Origin: Thermoproteota archaeon
GTDB taxonomy: Archaea; Thermoproteota; EX4484-205; JAAOZP01
Length of the DNA: 39,509 nt
Assembly (NCBI GenBank): GCA_038867695.1
Contig: JAWBXT010000003.1
Coordinates: 1 to 39,509, forward strand
Direction of reading: 5' to 3'
This document shows, piece after piece, positions 37,808 to 39,509 of the stretch. Every line of letters begins with the position of its first letter. The first letter of the stretch is position 1. The translations under genes were made by a program, and so were the position numbers. The notes under the pieces were generated by a model that searched no databases, was not told the DNA's origin, and saw nothing but the letters and a program-made list of their open reading frames with translations.

Positions 37808-38314
37808 TTAAGCTTTTAACTTCCTGTAATGGTTTAACGTATGAATCATCACTCCGCTTCTCGAGAAGCTTTCTATACGGTCTGCAAACTCTTCCTTAAA
37901 CTCGTTTACCATCCTAGGATCCGCCAGCAGCTCTACTAGAAGCCTTGATTCACTTAACATAGTCGTCCTGGCGCGATACCTGATCCTAATGTAGTCGCTA
38001 ACATTAGTGTCGCAATCTCTAAGGACTGCTACAAAAGCTTCTCTTACAACATCCGATTCAAGCGATCCTATTTTAACTTCGAGTACGCATGGGTTTTTCT
38101 CTAAAATTTTCACTATGTTTTCAAACTTATCCTCTGGAAGACTGAATGTAAGAGATATTTGAGAAGACCCCCCATTTATCACTCCGACGGTGATGGTGTC
38201 TATATTGATTCCCCTTCTGGCGAATATTGATGAGATCCTTTCCATCACTCCCGGTATGTTCAGGACTCTGAGAACGACGAACCTCTTATTCTCATCTATA
38301 GCCATGTTTTTCAC
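37808..38314 (-). CDS. ilvN: Acetolactate synthase small (regulatory) subunit
   Basis: ACT domain N.PGVMERISSIFARRGINIDTITVG, C-terminal RSG; lies between ilvB and ilvC. Confidence 0.9.
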   Translation of the reverse strand: MKNMAIDENKRFVVLRVLNIPGVMERISSIFARRGINIDTITVGVINGGSSQISLTFSLPEDKFENIVKILEKNPCVLEVKIGSLESDVVREAFVAVLRDCDTNVSDYIRIRYRARTTMLSESRLLVELLADPRMVNEFKEEFADRIESFSRSGVMIHTLNHYRKLKA

Positions 38315-39509
38315 CTCCCAGTTATGACTTGGTCAAGCGTTGCTGCAGGCGGGATCATTGGAAACACGTTGTCTTCCCGCTCAACGATCACGTCTATTAC
38401 GGTTGTCTCATTCTGTTTAACAGCTGTTTGTAAAGCTTCTTTAAGCTCGCTGACTCTTGATACCTTAAATGCCTTAGCACCTAAGCCTTCTGAAACCTTT
38501 GCTATATCAGCCTTACCCTTAAGATCGACAGCTATGTATCTCCTGCCATAGAACAATTCCTGCCATTGTCTAACCATTCCCAAGAAGTAGTTGTTGAGAA
38601 CAACCACTATGATTGGGAGGTCGTAGTCTACAGAAACAGGTAGCTGGTTACATGTCATGAAGAAGCTACCATCGCCAGCAATGTCGAAAACTCTTTGCTC
38701 GTGAAAAGCTGCCTTAACGCCTATTGCTGCAGGAAGCCCAAAGCCCATTGTGCCAAGTCCCCCGGAGGATATGAATTGCCTTGGGCGTTTTGCTAAGAAA
38801 TGCAGGGAAGCATACATTTGACACTGGCCGACTTCAGTAGTTACGAAGTCATTAGGCGTAACGTAATCGTTCAAAATTCTGACAACAGTACTCGGCTTTA
38901 TTGGCACAGCGTCGTAATCATAAAGGAATTCAGACTCATTTTTAAGCTGTTTAAGTCTTTCACCCCATTTCCCAGCCTTACCCTTTTGAACCATTTTTAC
39001 CAGATTTGAGTGAAGCCTACTCAAAACATGTTTTGCATCTCCTACTATGCCAATATCTGGCTTAAGGAGTTTCCCTATTTCAGACTTATCTATGTCAACG
39101 TGTATTTTCTTAGCTCTGGGGGCAAACCCGCTTAACTTACCTGTAGTCCTGTCGCTAAACCTTGCGCCCACAGCAAGGAGAACATCGCTTTCTTGAACAG
39201 CCTTTATCGCACCCAGTTTACCATGCATACCTACACAACCCAGTGAAAGGGGATGATCCTCCGGAATACTACCCTTCCCCATTAGAGTAGTCACTACTGG
39301 AGCGTTTAGCAATTCTGCTAAAGCAACGAGCTCGTTGGAGGCTCCTGACATTATCACTCCGCCGCCAGCGAGTATGACAGGCCTCTCTGCATCTGCAAGC
39401 ATTCTTGATGCTAGGAATAATTCCTCATTAGAAGGTATTGGAGGATTATAAGAATACGAGAATATATTGTTCCTAGGCTCACCCTCCATTAATTGAACAT
39501 CCCTCGGAA
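38311..39509 (-). CDS. ilvB: Acetolactate synthase large subunit (5' part outside the window)
   Basis: PRDVQ upstream of the listed ATG, GMHG, GARFSDR, SGGLGTMGFGLPAAIG, TPP motif GDGSF...NN, GMVRQWQ. Confidence 0.95.
   Translation of the reverse strand, partial: PRDVQLMEGEPRNNIFSYSYNPPIPSNEELFLASRMLADAERPVILAGGGVIMSGASNELVALAELLNAPVVTTLMGKGSIPEDHPLSLGCVGMHGKLGAIKAVQESDVLLAVGARFSDRTTGKLSGFAPRAKKIHVDIDKSEIGKLLKPDIGIVGDAKHVLSRLHSNLVKMVQKGKAGKWGERLKQLKNESEFLYDYDAVPIKPSTVVRILNDYVTPNDFVTTEVGQCQMYASLHFLAKRPRQFISSGGLGTMGFGLPAAIGVKAAFHEQRVFDIAGDGSFFMTCNQLPVSVDYDLPIIVVVLNNYFLGMVRQWQELFYGRRYIAVDLKGKADIAKVSEGLGAKAFKVSRVSELKEALQTAVKQNETTVIDVIVEREDNVFPMIPPAATLDQVITGR

Overview
Chromosomal segment of an archaeon, most likely TACK/Thermoproteota (SmAP3, stand-alone L40e, T-loop tRNA intron, thermosome, RadA, archaeal TATA promoters). 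Most of it is housekeeping: argS, tpiA, ABCE1, Cgi121, a purine PRT, S17e, thermosome, radA, aspS, L40e, two beta-CASP nucleases, PAC2, SmAP3, AK6, Rpp21, MarC, leuACD, argH, ilvBNCD and four tRNAs (Arg-GCG, Glu-CTC, Val-CAC with a 59/60 BHB intron, Gly-TCC). The main accessory element is a visibly AT-rich locus at about 16.6-24.5 kb. It combines a divergent TFB paralog, several small pilin-like membrane proteins lacking a class III leader, a Tad/VirB11-type ATPase, two TadB/C-like membrane proteins, a short class III pilin and a membrane-anchored HerA/CedB-like ATPase. This is a candidate pilus-coupled DNA transfer system with its own transcription factor. Items missed by the ORF track are a dual-guide C/D box sRNA predicted to target both strands of 16S helix 34, a 31-aa Glu/Trp microprotein upstream of ABCE1, L40e, three small pilus-locus ORFs and an SD-led uORF before leuA. 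The thermosome subunit lacks both catalytic aspartates. All assignments come from reading motifs by eye; no searches were run.
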